Of a DNA stretch of 64,000 nt, positions 1-10,974 are shown piece after piece. A model generated the notes under the pieces. That model did no database searches, was not told the DNA's origin, and saw only the letters and a list, made by a program, of their open reading frames with translations. This DNA is from Nitrosopumilus sp. (lineage in GTDB: Archaea > Thermoproteota > Nitrososphaeria > Nitrososphaerales > Nitrosopumilaceae). The stretch spans positions 768,001 to 832,000 of the forward strand of contig CBDBLX010000002.1 of assembly GCA_965207445.1 (NCBI GenBank), written 5' to 3'. The position numbers and the translations under genes were made by a program. Position 1 is the stretch's first letter, and every line of letters begins with the position of its first letter.

Positions 1-11
1 GAATTACATTA

Positions 12-972
12 GTAAACGTTCAATCCTCGTATCTGTGCCAGACGTTAGGCGGTGAATTTGTGCGTTGGCAGTATATTCGGTATTGAACGAACCGTCAAAA
101 CTAGCTAGTGTCACAACCCTGCCTAGAACTCCTCCGTGAGGTGCTGGACGCCTGCCTGCTACTGCTGCTGGCGTAGGCGGCTCTACTGCACGAAAAGTCG
201 ATCCGCCTAGGTTCAGGAGACCGATCGCCGACTATTTTAGGCTGCACCGATCACAAAGACCCGTGCCAGAGGGGATCTCTCAGAAGACGCCAGACAACAC
301 ATAATCAGAAACCGCGGGAAGGGCGTACCTGCATCATAGATAGTGAGGGATCTGAACATCTCTGCCAGGTGCGTGCGCATTGTATTATTATATGAAAAAC
401 CATTCAGCTACTCTGAAATGTGCCTCCCTAACCCGGACCGCCGGGATCAAACGGGCGTTTGACAGTATCGTAGGAGGCTGCCAGAGGGCCGCCTGACACA
501 CCGGTGCCTTTGACGCTGCCTCGCCTGGGGCGATCTTCCCTCTTGCATGCTCCGCGGCCCACATGTTGTACATGAACGGCGACGCAAAGAGCAGGATCAA
601 CAACCACAACTCATATCAGACATACGCTCATATGCCGCAGAAGCCTACCACGGCCAAGATCATATCCACTGTTGACACCGTGTACTAGAGGCCTTTGGAG
701 TAGAATCTTTTGATAATCTAGAGCCCGTGATTGCAACAGAATCTCAAACCTACGTAGCCCGAGGCTGGGACAGATGGATTCCTGTCGTGACAGAGATACA
801 AAGACTCGAAGCCTCAGGCTAGATACGTCCCCCTGTAGCATCCCACCACACCCCTGACTTTTGTTCCAAGCCATCGTGGCAAATGAATAACGTAACCGTT
901 CAGTCCTAGTGTCTGCGCTATATACTAGGTGGTGAATTTGTGCCTAAATTTTAGAAGTGGTTGAATGGTTAC
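12..972. mobile_element. Composite MITE-bounded element carrying about 0.8 kb of GC-richer cargo
   Basis: Starts GTAAACGTTCAATCC (12) and ends TTGAATGGTTAC (972). Identical 9-bp ATTACATTA flanks at 3-11 and 973-981. Positions 12-63 resemble the first part of the 81-bp MITE at 892-972. Confidence 0.75.
892..972. mobile_element. 81-bp MITE (GTAACCGTTCAA TIR family), copy 1
   Basis: GTAACCGTTCA...TGAATGGTTAC ends and the conserved core GGTGGTGAATTTGTGCCTAAATTT, shared with copies at 13247, 37873 and 53982. Confidence 0.85.
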
Positions 973-1127
973 ATTACATTAATTGTTGCATGTATATAAT
1001 TAATAAAATGTATAGTAATTTTTATTATCTGTTATTTTTTTTGTATATGAGGCGTCACTATTTGATAATTGAGTATTATTTTGTTTGGTAGATAATAGTT
1101 TTATTACAATTGAAATGATCATAGGTT

Positions 1128-4100
1128 ATGTACTCTGAGCATCAAATTAACTGTCATAAATGTGTAAACCATTATAATACTTTTAAAGATAATAGTTTAC
1201 ATAACATGCAATGTTGTGGTGATTGTAGTTCTACCCTAGACTCGTGTGTTTGTCACCGTCACACATGTTGCCACAGCAAAGTTACTTGCAATCATAATGT
1301 TTTCACATTAAAATTCACCATTGGATTTTTATTGTTGTCTGTAATTACCATGTTGGCTATTTTTCTTGCATACCCTAATGTCGCATTTGCAAATGATGAT
1401 AACTCTTCTAACCCTCTTTCAACATATGTTGATTCTGTACGATTCGTCCAATACCTTGATGAGAATACTGCACTTGAGGAGGTTAGAGGTGGTAATCTTG
1501 ATATGTATTACTTTCGTATCTCGTCTGATAGGTTAGACACTCATGATTCTAGGGCGGGACTAAATGTCTATGAATCTGCAGGTGGCTCTTATAGTTTGTT
1601 GATTAACCCTGCTGTATCTGATGATTCTTTTAATCCGTTTCAAGACCCTGATGTTCGCTTTGCTGTAAATTATCTTATCGATAGACGTTTAATTGTAAAT
1701 GATCTTATGGGTGGATATGGTATGCCTATAATATCGCATTATGGGCCTTCTGATCCTGAATATTTGACAGTTATAGATAACTTGGCATCACTTGACTTTG
1801 AGTACAATCCTACTCTTGCAGATAGTATAATCTCAGAGCGGCTCTATGCCATGGGTGCGACAAAGAATGATGACCATATATGGCATATGGACTCTGAGCC
1901 TGTCACACTCATATTCTTTATTCGAAGTGATGACCCAGTAAGAAAATCAATAGGTGAGGTACTCGCATCGGAGTTTGAACAAATGGGATTTGTGGTCAAA
2001 AAAGAGTTTGGTGATCTCAACAAGGCATTTGTTGTGGTATATGGCTCTGATCCTGCTACCTTGAGATGGAGTCTGTATACAGAAGGCTGGGCGAAATCCG
2101 CATTTACCAGATATGACTCTACAGGTTTAGCACAGATGTACTCTCCGTGGTTCTCTAATATGCCTGGATTCAATGATCCATCATACTGGAACTATGAGAA
2201 TGAGAAACTTGATAATCTCACTCGACGCATATACACTGGCAACTTTACTGATGAACAAGAACGCGCAGTCTTGATACGTGAGGCTGTATTGAATGGTGTG
2301 ACTGAGTCTGTTCGAATATTTCTTGCTAGTAATGTGGACCAATATGTGACACATACATCTGTAAGTGGAATTGTAAATGATTTTGGTGCGGGATTACCTA
2401 GTCGATTTACTCCAATTAACGCACGTATCATTGCATCGCCACCATTATCATCGCCACCATTATCACCATCACCGCCAATTCATTCTGAAAATGACAATCT
2501 TACAATTGACGATCACATTGGTGGTGAACTACGAGTTGGTGTAAAGCAGATCTACCAAGGATCTTGGAATCCTGTCATGGGGTTTCGAGATGCATATAGT
2601 GCTCAAATAGGGACATTGTTATCTGATCCTGCAACATTTTTACACCCTTTTACAGGCGAGGTGATCCCTGTTCGAGTCACATGGAACGTTACGACTGCAG
2701 GTCCTCTAGATGTACTTGATGTGGCAGATGATGCTGTATTGTGGAGTCCAATTGATCAAAAATGGACTATTGTGGATTCTGATGCGAATGCAACTAGTAT
2801 TGTATGGTTCAAATACAAATTGGGCAATTGGCACAATGGTGTTCCGATGGACATGTTGGATATAATGCACTCTTTTTACTTTTCAAAAGAATGGGGCACA
2901 CAGACTGGCCCTGATGATGCTACCTTTGATACTGAATTCACTTCGATAGTTGCTCCTAGTGTTGATACAATAAAAGGAATCAGACCTCTAAGTAATGATA
3001 CTTTGGAGGTGTATGTTGACTATTGGCACTTTGATGAGGGTGAGATTGCACAGTGGGCAGCGCCTGGAGTCTCGATGCCTTGGGAGATGATCTCTGCAAT
3101 GGAGAGTGCAGTTATGGATGGCAAGACTTCTTTCTCTCGATCGGGTGCTGCAAGCAAGGGTACGAGTTGGTTGTCTGTGATAATACCTACTGATGTTGAG
3201 ATTTTGCGTGGATATTTGGAGTCTATGAGGAATCTGAATCATGTACCTAAACCGTTATCTTATTTGGATTCTGGATTACCTCTTACTGCATTTGATTCTA
3301 ACATTACTTTTGATAGTGACATGTCGTACTATGCCTCTAGATATGATTCTGCTATATCCTGGATAGATGACACTGGACATGCAATGATTGGCAATGGTCC
3401 ATTTTATCTTGATTCGTACTCGCCAGAGTCAAGAAGCATCAGAATCATATCATTTAATGATAAAACATATCCATTTGAGCGTGATGAATGGTCTGGGTTT
3501 GAGCGCGCTGCATTTCCATTAATTGTGGGTGTGGATATTAAAAACCCCATTTTAAAAGGTGAACAACTGCATGTTGATGTTGCAACTATACATTCTGATT
3601 CTTTGCTGTATTTTCTAATAAATGCAAGTGGACACGTCATCGCATCTAGTACATATGATGTCATATCTGATGATACCCTACCTGATGATGTCATATCTGA
3701 TGACGCTGTGAATTATTTAGACAATCCTCATAATGATGATATGGCACAATTTAATTCTACATATACAAAAATTATCGTTTCTGTAAACGACACTGCACAT
3801 ATGAGTAATGGGGCGAACTCTATTAGAATATTTGCCCTCTCAGATACTGTACTCAAGCCTGATTATTACGAGACCGGATTTCTTGCATTTGGTTTTAATG
3901 AAACAGATTTTGTGTTGACTCCTGTTCTGCCTAGTATTCAGGGTGCAACCCCATCTGATGTATCATCTGACATCAATACCCGCTCAGATGATATTTTGTC
4001 ATCACAACCAACCTCACACGATGATATTACTCAACCCGATAAAGATGATTACACAAATGTTTATTATTTGATGCTTGTAGTTGGAATTGTGTCTATTGCG

Positions 4101-4148
4101 CTTGTAATTATAATGCGCGTCATATCCAAAGTGCGTAAAATAGATTGA
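1128..4148 (+). CDS. ABC transporter peptide/nickel substrate-binding protein (family 5), membrane anchored
   Basis: SBP_bac_5-like motifs (NPFQDPDVRFAVNYLIDR, GNGPFYLDSY), a signal-like hydrophobic segment near aa 62-88 and a C-terminal TM helix. True start uncertain. Confidence 0.85.
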   Translation: MYSEHQINCHKCVNHYNTFKDNSLHNMQCCGDCSSTLDSCVCHRHTCCHSKVTCNHNVFTLKFTIGFLLLSVITMLAIFLAYPNVAFANDDNSSNPLSTYVDSVRFVQYLDENTALEEVRGGNLDMYYFRISSDRLDTHDSRAGLNVYESAGGSYSLLINPAVSDDSFNPFQDPDVRFAVNYLIDRRLIVNDLMGGYGMPIISHYGPSDPEYLTVIDNLASLDFEYNPTLADSIISERLYAMGATKNDDHIWHMDSEPVTLIFFIRSDDPVRKSIGEVLASEFEQMGFVVKKEFGDLNKAFVVVYGSDPATLRWSLYTEGWAKSAFTRYDSTGLAQMYSPWFSNMPGFNDPSYWNYENEKLDNLTRRIYTGNFTDEQERAVLIREAVLNGVTESVRIFLASNVDQYVTHTSVSGIVNDFGAGLPSRFTPINARIIASPPLSSPPLSPSPPIHSENDNLTIDDHIGGELRVGVKQIYQGSWNPVMGFRDAYSAQIGTLLSDPATFLHPFTGEVIPVRVTWNVTTAGPLDVLDVADDAVLWSPIDQKWTIVDSDANATSIVWFKYKLGNWHNGVPMDMLDIMHSFYFSKEWGTQTGPDDATFDTEFTSIVAPSVDTIKGIRPLSNDTLEVYVDYWHFDEGEIAQWAAPGVSMPWEMISAMESAVMDGKTSFSRSGAASKGTSWLSVIIPTDVEILRGYLESMRNLNHVPKPLSYLDSGLPLTAFDSNITFDSDMSYYASRYDSAISWIDDTGHAMIGNGPFYLDSYSPESRSIRIISFNDKTYPFERDEWSGFERAAFPLIVGVDIKNPILKGEQLHVDVATIHSDSLLYFLINASGHVIASSTYDVISDDTLPDDVISDDAVNYLDNPHNDDMAQFNSTYTKIIVSVNDTAHMSNGANSIRIFALSDTVLKPDYYETGFLAFGFNETDFVLTPVLPSIQGATPSDVSSDINTRSDDILSSQPTSHDDITQPDKDDYTNVYYLMLVVGIVSIALVIIMRVISKVRKID

Positions 4149-4225
4149 ATGTTGTGACTAGTGAATCGATTGGTATTGTTGATATGTTGTGCTTGAAACA
4201 TTATACATCTACAATATTTATATGC

Positions 4226-4756
4226 TCATACTATTAATCTATAATCTGTTGCTATGCGCATGACATCATCTCCATCTGACATCTTTGCATAGTCCGATAA
4301 AATATTACAGTTAAGATCATAAAATGTATGTCCCCACTTGAATCTCTCAAGTATGTTGTGTCCCTGCTCATCATATCCCATGATGAAAAGTGATGCCGCT
4401 ATTGCTTCTGCTGTTGTAAGCATTCCAACCTTTGCATAGTTGACTGCATTTCCTGCAAGTAATGGTGGTAGACGCCTTGAGGTCTTTTGGTTATGTTTGG
4501 GTGTATTTTTGATATTATTGTGTATGGTTCCAAACTCCCCGTCTGCCAATTTCCAAGAACAATCTATACCTACTATTGTATTTGCTACTCGTCTATCAGA
4601 TGGAAACAATATTTTGTCACTATATGGATTTAGTATAATCTTATGATTACTAGTTGTTTTTTTTATTTGACGCGCAAATCCGGCTTTGAGAAGTCGTGCT
4701 GCTGTACATTTTTTGGGATCATCTTGATACCTCATCAACACTTCTATTCTCATCAT
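4226..4756 (-). CDS. tsr3: 16S rRNA aminocarboxypropyltransferase Tsr3 (DUF367)
   Basis: QDDPKKCTA, GIDCSW, RRLPPLLAGNAVNY and FKWGHTF motifs. Start moved to the MMRIEV ATG. Confidence 0.9.
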   Translation of the reverse strand: MMRIEVLMRYQDDPKKCTAARLLKAGFARQIKKTTSNHKIILNPYSDKILFPSDRRVANTIVGIDCSWKLADGEFGTIHNNIKNTPKHNQKTSRRLPPLLAGNAVNYAKVGMLTTAEAIAASLFIMGYDEQGHNILERFKWGHTFYDLNCNILSDYAKMSDGDDVMRIATDYRLIV

Positions 4757-5074
4757 TGTAATGATTATAATGTGTTTAATATTTGAGTGCGTAGTAGCTC
4801 TAAAATGCTCAATTATTAAAGGGCATTGAATACTTGTTGGGTATTTTGTATTTTGCAAGATATATTCTTTTTAGATTAACTACTAGAATCATTGCGTTGA
4901 TTTGTCGTTAATTGCGACCTCGTCTCATTATTGCCAACTAACGATGTGAAAATACTATTGGTTGTGATAATTGGCAATATTGTTTGTAACGTGTATTGTT
5001 TTACTGTTTTTGGTTTTTACTGGATTAAATACATATTTGTTCAATTATAATCATTTACTTTTCATAGTTGTGAG

Positions 5075-8000
5075 TTATCCCTGTGGTATAGTCTTGTATG
5101 TGACTTTGTAATAAAACCTAGACGGTTGTTCATTTTTGTCTTTTGTTATAGTCACGTTCCATGTCATATCTGGCAGTGACGTTTGCCCGTTTGGATATAT
5201 TGCAAATTTCTCCAATCGCACATCAGTACCGCTGTAGATTACTCGCAGACTAGTCTCATTATTAAGAAACACCACGTCAAATATCCTACCTTGTGATCTT
5301 GTTGATTCACTTATCATACAGTCCTCAGATGGCTGTCCTATCACACATGTGCCGTCACTAGTTGATACCTGCAAGTTTACTAGATGCTCATGACCCTTTG
5401 TAGTAATCATAGAACCGACCAAAGAGACCGGTGAGGCTATCACTGTATCATTCTCATGTTCTAGTGTGGTGTTACTATATGTTCTGATGTTAAATTCAGT
5501 CTCTGCAAGTCTATTGTATCGGTCAATTATTACTTTTGGTGTAAACTGCTGTGACACTGTTTGGTTTATGGGCTCTGGCTTTTCTTCTTTTACCACATCA
5601 AATGTAATCCTGTTGATTCCTATTGATGACTCTATTACAACTTCGTATGTCCCTATGGCATTTACCCATTGTGGTATCATATATTGATGCACAAACGATG
5701 CAGTCGAGTCTGGGCTGATTATCGTCGTTGGCGTAGCATGCACACCACATGCTTGCAAATTACAATCTACTCCATCATGTACCTTTTTGGATACACTAAC
5801 CTCATATTTTTCAATATATATGATCTTGTTAGGACTACCTGATATAGTGACAGTTTGGCCAGGATTGTAAATATCTCTATCTGTACTAACATTCAATGAA
5901 ATAGGACCTTTTCCGCCATACACATAGTCATTTAACATTCTAAATACTGTTGATGCTTTTGTTGACTCGTACTGTGCGTCCACTCTGTATGTATCTTCTT
6001 TGAATATTGTCACTGGTAATGTAAACTCACTTGAAAATGCACCTGCATTATCTGGATATACACGTGATTGGTATATGTTATTGAATGGTGGTACGGCCTT
6101 TTTAACCACGATAGTGACTCTTGGTGGCTCCCTTAGTTCTTCTGTACTCTCATCATACAACAGTACATTTCCTGACACTATTAGTTTGTCTCCAGGTTTG
6201 TAGATTGGTTTGTCTGTAGTAACAAATAATGGAGTATCTGCCAAAGTATCATTTTCTGGGTCATCGGAGATTTTAAAATATTTGATTACACTTTCACTCT
6301 CTGTAAAGATCTTTAATTTGTATACGCCAAATACTGAGAGTGTGATTCCACGCAGCTCACCCTCTTTGATACTGTGCTTTCTTTCTACCTTGGGGGTATC
6401 CCATTCCCATACAAAACGTTGGTCTTGTATTGCTGCTGATGACCGTATGGTTGAACCATCTGGCTTGACAAGCGTCACGTATACCTCATTTGCAGCCGTC
6501 ACTGGAAATACTCCATTTAACACCACCGTCTCGTTTAATCCGTATACTTCTTTGTCAGTTGATATCTCTGCTTTTGATATGTTGTATTGGTTGATTATTG
6601 TAAATGCAACAGTGGCTTTGTGTTCTTGATATGTGGCAATGGCAGTATAATTTCCCTCATCAAAGATACTTGTTTGCACTCGTACCTTTGCAGTATACTT
6701 GCCTGATTCATTTGGTATGACGTTAGTCTCATATGTCGTGATTCTTCTATTATCTACAATATCACTCTGAGTGTCTTTTGTTGTAACATCGCTTTGTAAT
6801 GCGACTCCTTGTTCATCTGTGATGGTAATTGATACCCTTGATGCAACATATCCTACTGTAGTTGATGTAATGTCTGCTGCATATCCTGTAAATGTAATGT
6901 ATTCGTTGTGTGCGTATGTTGTCTTGTCTGTGTGTATGGTAAGTGGCTCTGTGTTTATTATGAATGATTGTGGATCCTTTACCACTGATATTATGGCTGA
7001 GGATGGATGGATGCCATTTCCTGTTATAGTTATTTTATAGTCTCCTAGACTTTGTATCTTGTTTGGTATACCAAATGTATATTCAAAGGATCCATCTTCT
7101 AACACTTGTACAGATTCGTCAATCTTGAATCCTGTATGACTGCTGGCATCTATATCTGCAATTACGCCTTGTTTTGTCTGTAGAATTTCAACATTTACCA
7201 CTTGTCGCCATATATCATTTAACATACCACGTATGGTAACACTTTCACCTTGTGCGTATGCTCTTTTGTCAGTTATTATTGTGATTTGTGAATCTTGTTT
7301 TATCTTTGGCATCATCTCAAATGTAGTTGTTGCTTTTTCGTTTGCATACTCAGCGGTGACTGTATATGTACCGTATGCAGGATTTAGCTCATTTAGTGTG
7401 ACTATACTTTTAATCTTACCATCATCAGTTGGTATAGAGTTTCCACTTGATACTGTTTTATTATTGGCATCTTTGATTGTAATCTTGAATGTGGCAAACT
7501 GCACCTGTTTTTGGGTGGCTCCTGTTATGATAATCTCTTGGCCTTGTATGTATGATGCACTATCAGTTGATATGGTTATGCCTTTTGCTTGTATAATGTT
7601 ATTTTGCGCTCTTGTTGCATCTACTGTAAAGCTAGTAGTTGCAGTCGCACCTGCATATTTGGCAGATATATTGTATGTACCTACCTCAATGTTGAGGACT
7701 TTATGCAAGTCAAGTGTTGTTGAGAATCCTAATCTTAAATCTGGATACATTACAAATTCTTTATTGTAATTTGGTCCGGTTATGTGTAGTGTAATCTTTT
7801 CTGACGTAAAATATGGTTTTTCGACAAATTTTCTCTCAGATACTGTGCCACTTATACTGACAGTCTGTCCCAAATTGTATGATTCTTTATCTGTCATTAT
7901 TGTAATTTCAACTTGGTTTCTCTCTATGTTTTGTGGTGCTTTGCCATTTGATGCACCTGGACTCTGTGTACTAAATTTCCAGTCTGCTGCATTGCCGTTG

Positions 8001-8602
8001 AGTTTGTATCCGTCGTATATGCGCTGCCATGACCTGTGATCATCATATTTATCTGTTATTTTGGGTGTCTTGTCGATTATCTCCCCTACTGCATTGCGCA
8101 GTTCTATAACTTCGTTTATGTCTGTGAATCTAATCTGTTGGTTTGCATATGTGATAAATTGACCTGGTTTTATTATGGTGTTTTGTTGTATTGTAATGAC
8201 ATTGCTGGTTCCTGTGGAAGATGCAATCTGCCATCCACTAAGATCGACTTGAGATGTGGTTGGATTGTATATCTCTATCCAATCAAATATGTTCTCGCTA
8301 CTTTTACCTTGTGGATTTGTATCTACCTCATTTATCACTATGTGATCTGCAATTGTTTGTATATTTTGTAAATTTGTCTGGGCATATGCTTTGTTGTCAT
8401 AAATTGTACCTGCATACGTTGTATCTACATACGTTGCACTTAACAATACCACTATTGCCATCACAATTATGGTTGCAGTCATGTGTGATGAGAATTGTGG
8501 CACGCGCATTGTGTTTTTTTTATAATAGCGATGATAATTTGAGTAGTGTTGTTTGTTTGTGCGATTCTTGTGCATGATCTGATGGCCGTCATTATATCTC
8601 AT
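5075..8602 (-). CDS. Lamin-tail-domain surface protein with repeated Ig-like (TDK-x-Y-x-GE-x-V-x-I-x-G) domains
   Basis: IVINEVDTNP...DWIEIYNPT...VDLSGWQI lamin-tail motif, about 7 repeats beginning TDKxxYxxG, and an N-terminal signal/TM. Confidence 0.8.
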   Translation of the reverse strand: MRYNDGHQIMHKNRTNKQHYSNYHRYYKKNTMRVPQFSSHMTATIIVMAIVVLLSATYVDTTYAGTIYDNKAYAQTNLQNIQTIADHIVINEVDTNPQGKSSENIFDWIEIYNPTTSQVDLSGWQIASSTGTSNVITIQQNTIIKPGQFITYANQQIRFTDINEVIELRNAVGEIIDKTPKITDKYDDHRSWQRIYDGYKLNGNAADWKFSTQSPGASNGKAPQNIERNQVEITIMTDKESYNLGQTVSISGTVSERKFVEKPYFTSEKITLHITGPNYNKEFVMYPDLRLGFSTTLDLHKVLNIEVGTYNISAKYAGATATTSFTVDATRAQNNIIQAKGITISTDSASYIQGQEIIITGATQKQVQFATFKITIKDANNKTVSSGNSIPTDDGKIKSIVTLNELNPAYGTYTVTAEYANEKATTTFEMMPKIKQDSQITIITDKRAYAQGESVTIRGMLNDIWRQVVNVEILQTKQGVIADIDASSHTGFKIDESVQVLEDGSFEYTFGIPNKIQSLGDYKITITGNGIHPSSAIISVVKDPQSFIINTEPLTIHTDKTTYAHNEYITFTGYAADITSTTVGYVASRVSITITDEQGVALQSDVTTKDTQSDIVDNRRITTYETNVIPNESGKYTAKVRVQTSIFDEGNYTAIATYQEHKATVAFTIINQYNISKAEISTDKEVYGLNETVVLNGVFPVTAANEVYVTLVKPDGSTIRSSAAIQDQRFVWEWDTPKVERKHSIKEGELRGITLSVFGVYKLKIFTESESVIKYFKISDDPENDTLADTPLFVTTDKPIYKPGDKLIVSGNVLLYDESTEELREPPRVTIVVKKAVPPFNNIYQSRVYPDNAGAFSSEFTLPVTIFKEDTYRVDAQYESTKASTVFRMLNDYVYGGKGPISLNVSTDRDIYNPGQTVTISGSPNKIIYIEKYEVSVSKKVHDGVDCNLQACGVHATPTTIISPDSTASFVHQYMIPQWVNAIGTYEVVIESSIGINRITFDVVKEEKPEPINQTVSQQFTPKVIIDRYNRLAETEFNIRTYSNTTLEHENDTVIASPVSLVGSMITTKGHEHLVNLQVSTSDGTCVIGQPSEDCMISESTRSQGRIFDVVFLNNETSLRVIYSGTDVRLEKFAIYPNGQTSLPDMTWNVTITKDKNEQPSRFYYKVTYKTIPQG

Positions 8603-8848
8603 AACTACACTCTCTTTTTGTCTTCATTGTATTTTTCTATAGCAATCTTTGCTTTTATGTACTTGCTCAACCATTTTTCTTTAACGATGATCTTTTCATA
8701 TTCATCTCATCACAATTTTATCTTTTGATGTAGATTTGATGTTTTTTGGGCATCACTTTATTACATCATACATCTATTTCAAATACCATTATCATGCAGT
8801 CAATTTTAATTGAGTGTGTATTATAGTTCTACTTTTTATACATGACAA

Positions 8849-9136
8849 TTACTTTGTATCTAAATCCTTTTGTCTACATTCTAAATTGGTGCATTTTCCC
8901 TTTCTTATCTTGCTACCACAATCCATACATATGCCCTCTGGACCAATATCATCTCGTATCATCTTGTTTTTCTTTTCAACAAATACTTTGATTCCTACAT
9001 ACATTATAGTCACGATGACAATTGCATATATGGGCGTCGTAAACGGAATAAGTCCTATCATAAATAGTACCAACCCTACTATCAATATGATATCTCGCTT
9101 ACTAAACTCCATGTTTGTGTCACAACACTTGTTCAT
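8849..9136 (-). CDS. Small membrane protein with C-terminal Cys motif
   Basis: Two TM segments followed by CMDC...C...C. Confidence 0.65.
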   Translation of the reverse strand: MNKCCDTNMEFSKRDIILIVGLVLFMIGLIPFTTPIYAIVIVTIMYVGIKVFVEKKNKMIRDDIGPEGICMDCGSKIRKGKCTNLECRQKDLDTK

Positions 9137-9496
9137 AAAAATTATGCCGAGCTCAGTAATTGAGTTATATCATCAATCAATACTCTAACTCGTCTTCATT
9201 GCTCGGCATGATTGATTTAACTTTATGTGATAAAAATGTGAATCATTGGGTAGAATCTTGAATAATTGTGTGATGCTAAAAATTGATTTTAAAAATACTA
9301 GTACATGCTAAATTTATAAAATGTGTAATTAAAAACTATATGATTAATATTATTTTAATAAAATAGTTTTGGAATTTATTTTCCGGCGATTTTTTTAATA
9401 TACATATATTATAATATGCCATAAATATTTTTTGGCATTCTTGTAATAACTTTTTTTCCTTTAATTTGTGTACTGTTCACTATACAAACAAGTAAA

Positions 9497-9573
9497 TGGT
9501 GGGACCGGCAGGATTTGAACCTGCGACCCCTGCGTCCCAAACGCAGAATCATACCAATCTAGACCACGATCCC
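9497..9573 (-). tRNA. tRNA-Pro(TGG), CCA encoded
   Basis: Reverse complement GGGATCGTGGTCTAGATTGGTATGATTCTGCGTTTGGGACGCAGGGGTCGCAGGTTCAAATCCTGCCGGTCCCACCA. Anticodon stem CTGCG/CGCAG with TGG; T-loop GTTCAAATC. Confidence 0.95.
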
Positions 9574-9852
9574 AGTATTCAGACTTTCAGCTAACCCAAT
9601 TTAAGCATGACAAATATTTGACATACGCGTTTAATCGTCATTAGAATTTTATGTTAACTTATAAAATATACTCGTTTCATTCAAGTCATTTTCAATTTTT
9701 TACTCTTGATCCTGTTTTGATCTTTATGATTCCTGCTGTATTGCTCAAGTCACTTATTATAATTTGGCAGTGGTAGACATAAAGATATGCCAACACAACT
9801 AGGAAAATTCATAATTCCTAATCATTTTATGTATGTGTCAAATTGTAAATTT

Positions 9853-10758
9853 ATGCAAGTTGAGGATTATCTAAAAGCAGGCCAGATAGCAGGTGAGGTC
9901 AGAGAGATTGTTCGAAACACAAATTGGATTGGCAAGACAGTTTATGATATATGTGAATATATTGAAGGTGAGATAAAAAAACGTGGAGCCAGATGCGCAT
10001 TTCCTGTAAATACTAGTATAAATGAGATTGCTGCACATTATACAGCAGAGCCTAATGATGAGACTATAATACAAGAGACTGATCTTGTAAAGATTGATCT
10101 TGGTGCACATGTGAATGGGTACATTGCTGATACTGCCGTTACGGTATGCTATGATCCACAGTATGATGATCTTGTATCTACTGCAGAAAATGCACTTGCA
10201 AATGCATTGTCCATAATTAAAACTGGTATAAAGACACGTGATATCGGAAGTAGAATTGAAAAGGTCATCAAACAGAGGGGATTCAAACCCATTGTCAATT
10301 TGAGCGGACACTCTCTAGACCAGTATGAAATTCATGCTGGCAAGTCGATTCCAAATACATGGGCAATCGGTGGTTTTTCACTCTCTGATCAGTCTGCATA
10401 TGCTTGTGAGCCGTTTGTCACAACAAAAGAAGGTGGTGGATTTGTACGAAATGGACAGACTAAAAACATCTTTGCGTTATCGTCTCGTAAAAGGACAAAG
10501 GATGCTGAATCTGATCGAATGATTGATTACATATGGAATAACTTTAACTTTCTTCCGTTTGCATTACGGTGGCTTACATCTGAGTGGGAACTCTCAGAGG
10601 CACGTAGTTTACTGGGGAATCTTGTAAAGAAAAAAATCATAAAGGCCTATCCTGTACTAGTTGAGATACATGGACAACGTGTTGCACAGGCAGAACATAC
10701 GTTTATTCCAAATGATAATGGCGTCACTATAGTGACTGCTGCACCATCACACACATGA
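9853..10758 (+). CDS. map: Methionine aminopeptidase type II
   Basis: AFPVNTSINEIAAHY, KIDLGAHVNGYIADTA, NLSGHS and AQAEHT motifs. Confidence 0.95.
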   Translation: MQVEDYLKAGQIAGEVREIVRNTNWIGKTVYDICEYIEGEIKKRGARCAFPVNTSINEIAAHYTAEPNDETIIQETDLVKIDLGAHVNGYIADTAVTVCYDPQYDDLVSTAENALANALSIIKTGIKTRDIGSRIEKVIKQRGFKPIVNLSGHSLDQYEIHAGKSIPNTWAIGGFSLSDQSAYACEPFVTTKEGGGFVRNGQTKNIFALSSRKRTKDAESDRMIDYIWNNFNFLPFALRWLTSEWELSEARSLLGNLVKKKIIKAYPVLVEIHGQRVAQAEHTFIPNDNGVTIVTAAPSHT

Positions 10759-10776
10759 CATTTTATGTGATTTGAT

Positions 10777-10974
10777 TTAATGTACTTCCTCTGAAAATAT
10801 CTGCTCTACTGTCACAATACCTTTGCATGATGTACATGCTTGTTGTGTTTTTGAAAATACAACGTCACCTTTTTCAAATTTCCGTTTTTGTGTAAAGTTA
10901 CATGTAGTACATGCGAGTATGGTGTAAACTATGGTCTCCTTTTTCTTTTGTTTTCCATACAGTTGAAATATCAT
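10777..10974 (-). CDS. Small zinc-ribbon protein
   Basis: CTTC...CTSC pairs; overlaps the stop of the upstream gene. Confidence 0.7.
   Translation of the reverse strand: MIFQLYGKQKKKETIVYTILACTTCNFTQKRKFEKGDVVFSKTQQACTSCKGIVTVEQIFSEEVH

Noticed and set aside
340..385. TnpB-like RDLN motif in the cargo
   Set aside because: Only four residues match; I could see no zinc finger, RuvC motifs or long ORF.
892..972. 81-bp repeat as an integron attC site
   Set aside because: It has long near-perfect TIRs and TSD evidence, copies are dispersed rather than arrayed after cassettes, and no integron integrase is present.
5466..8577. Numerous plus-strand ORFs of 60-180 aa
   Set aside because: They are antisense shadows of the 1175-aa surface protein; the same applies to shadow ORFs over other core genes.
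9497..9573. tRNA-Pro as an integration (att) site
   Set aside because: I saw no duplicated tRNA 3' end or integrase in the window.
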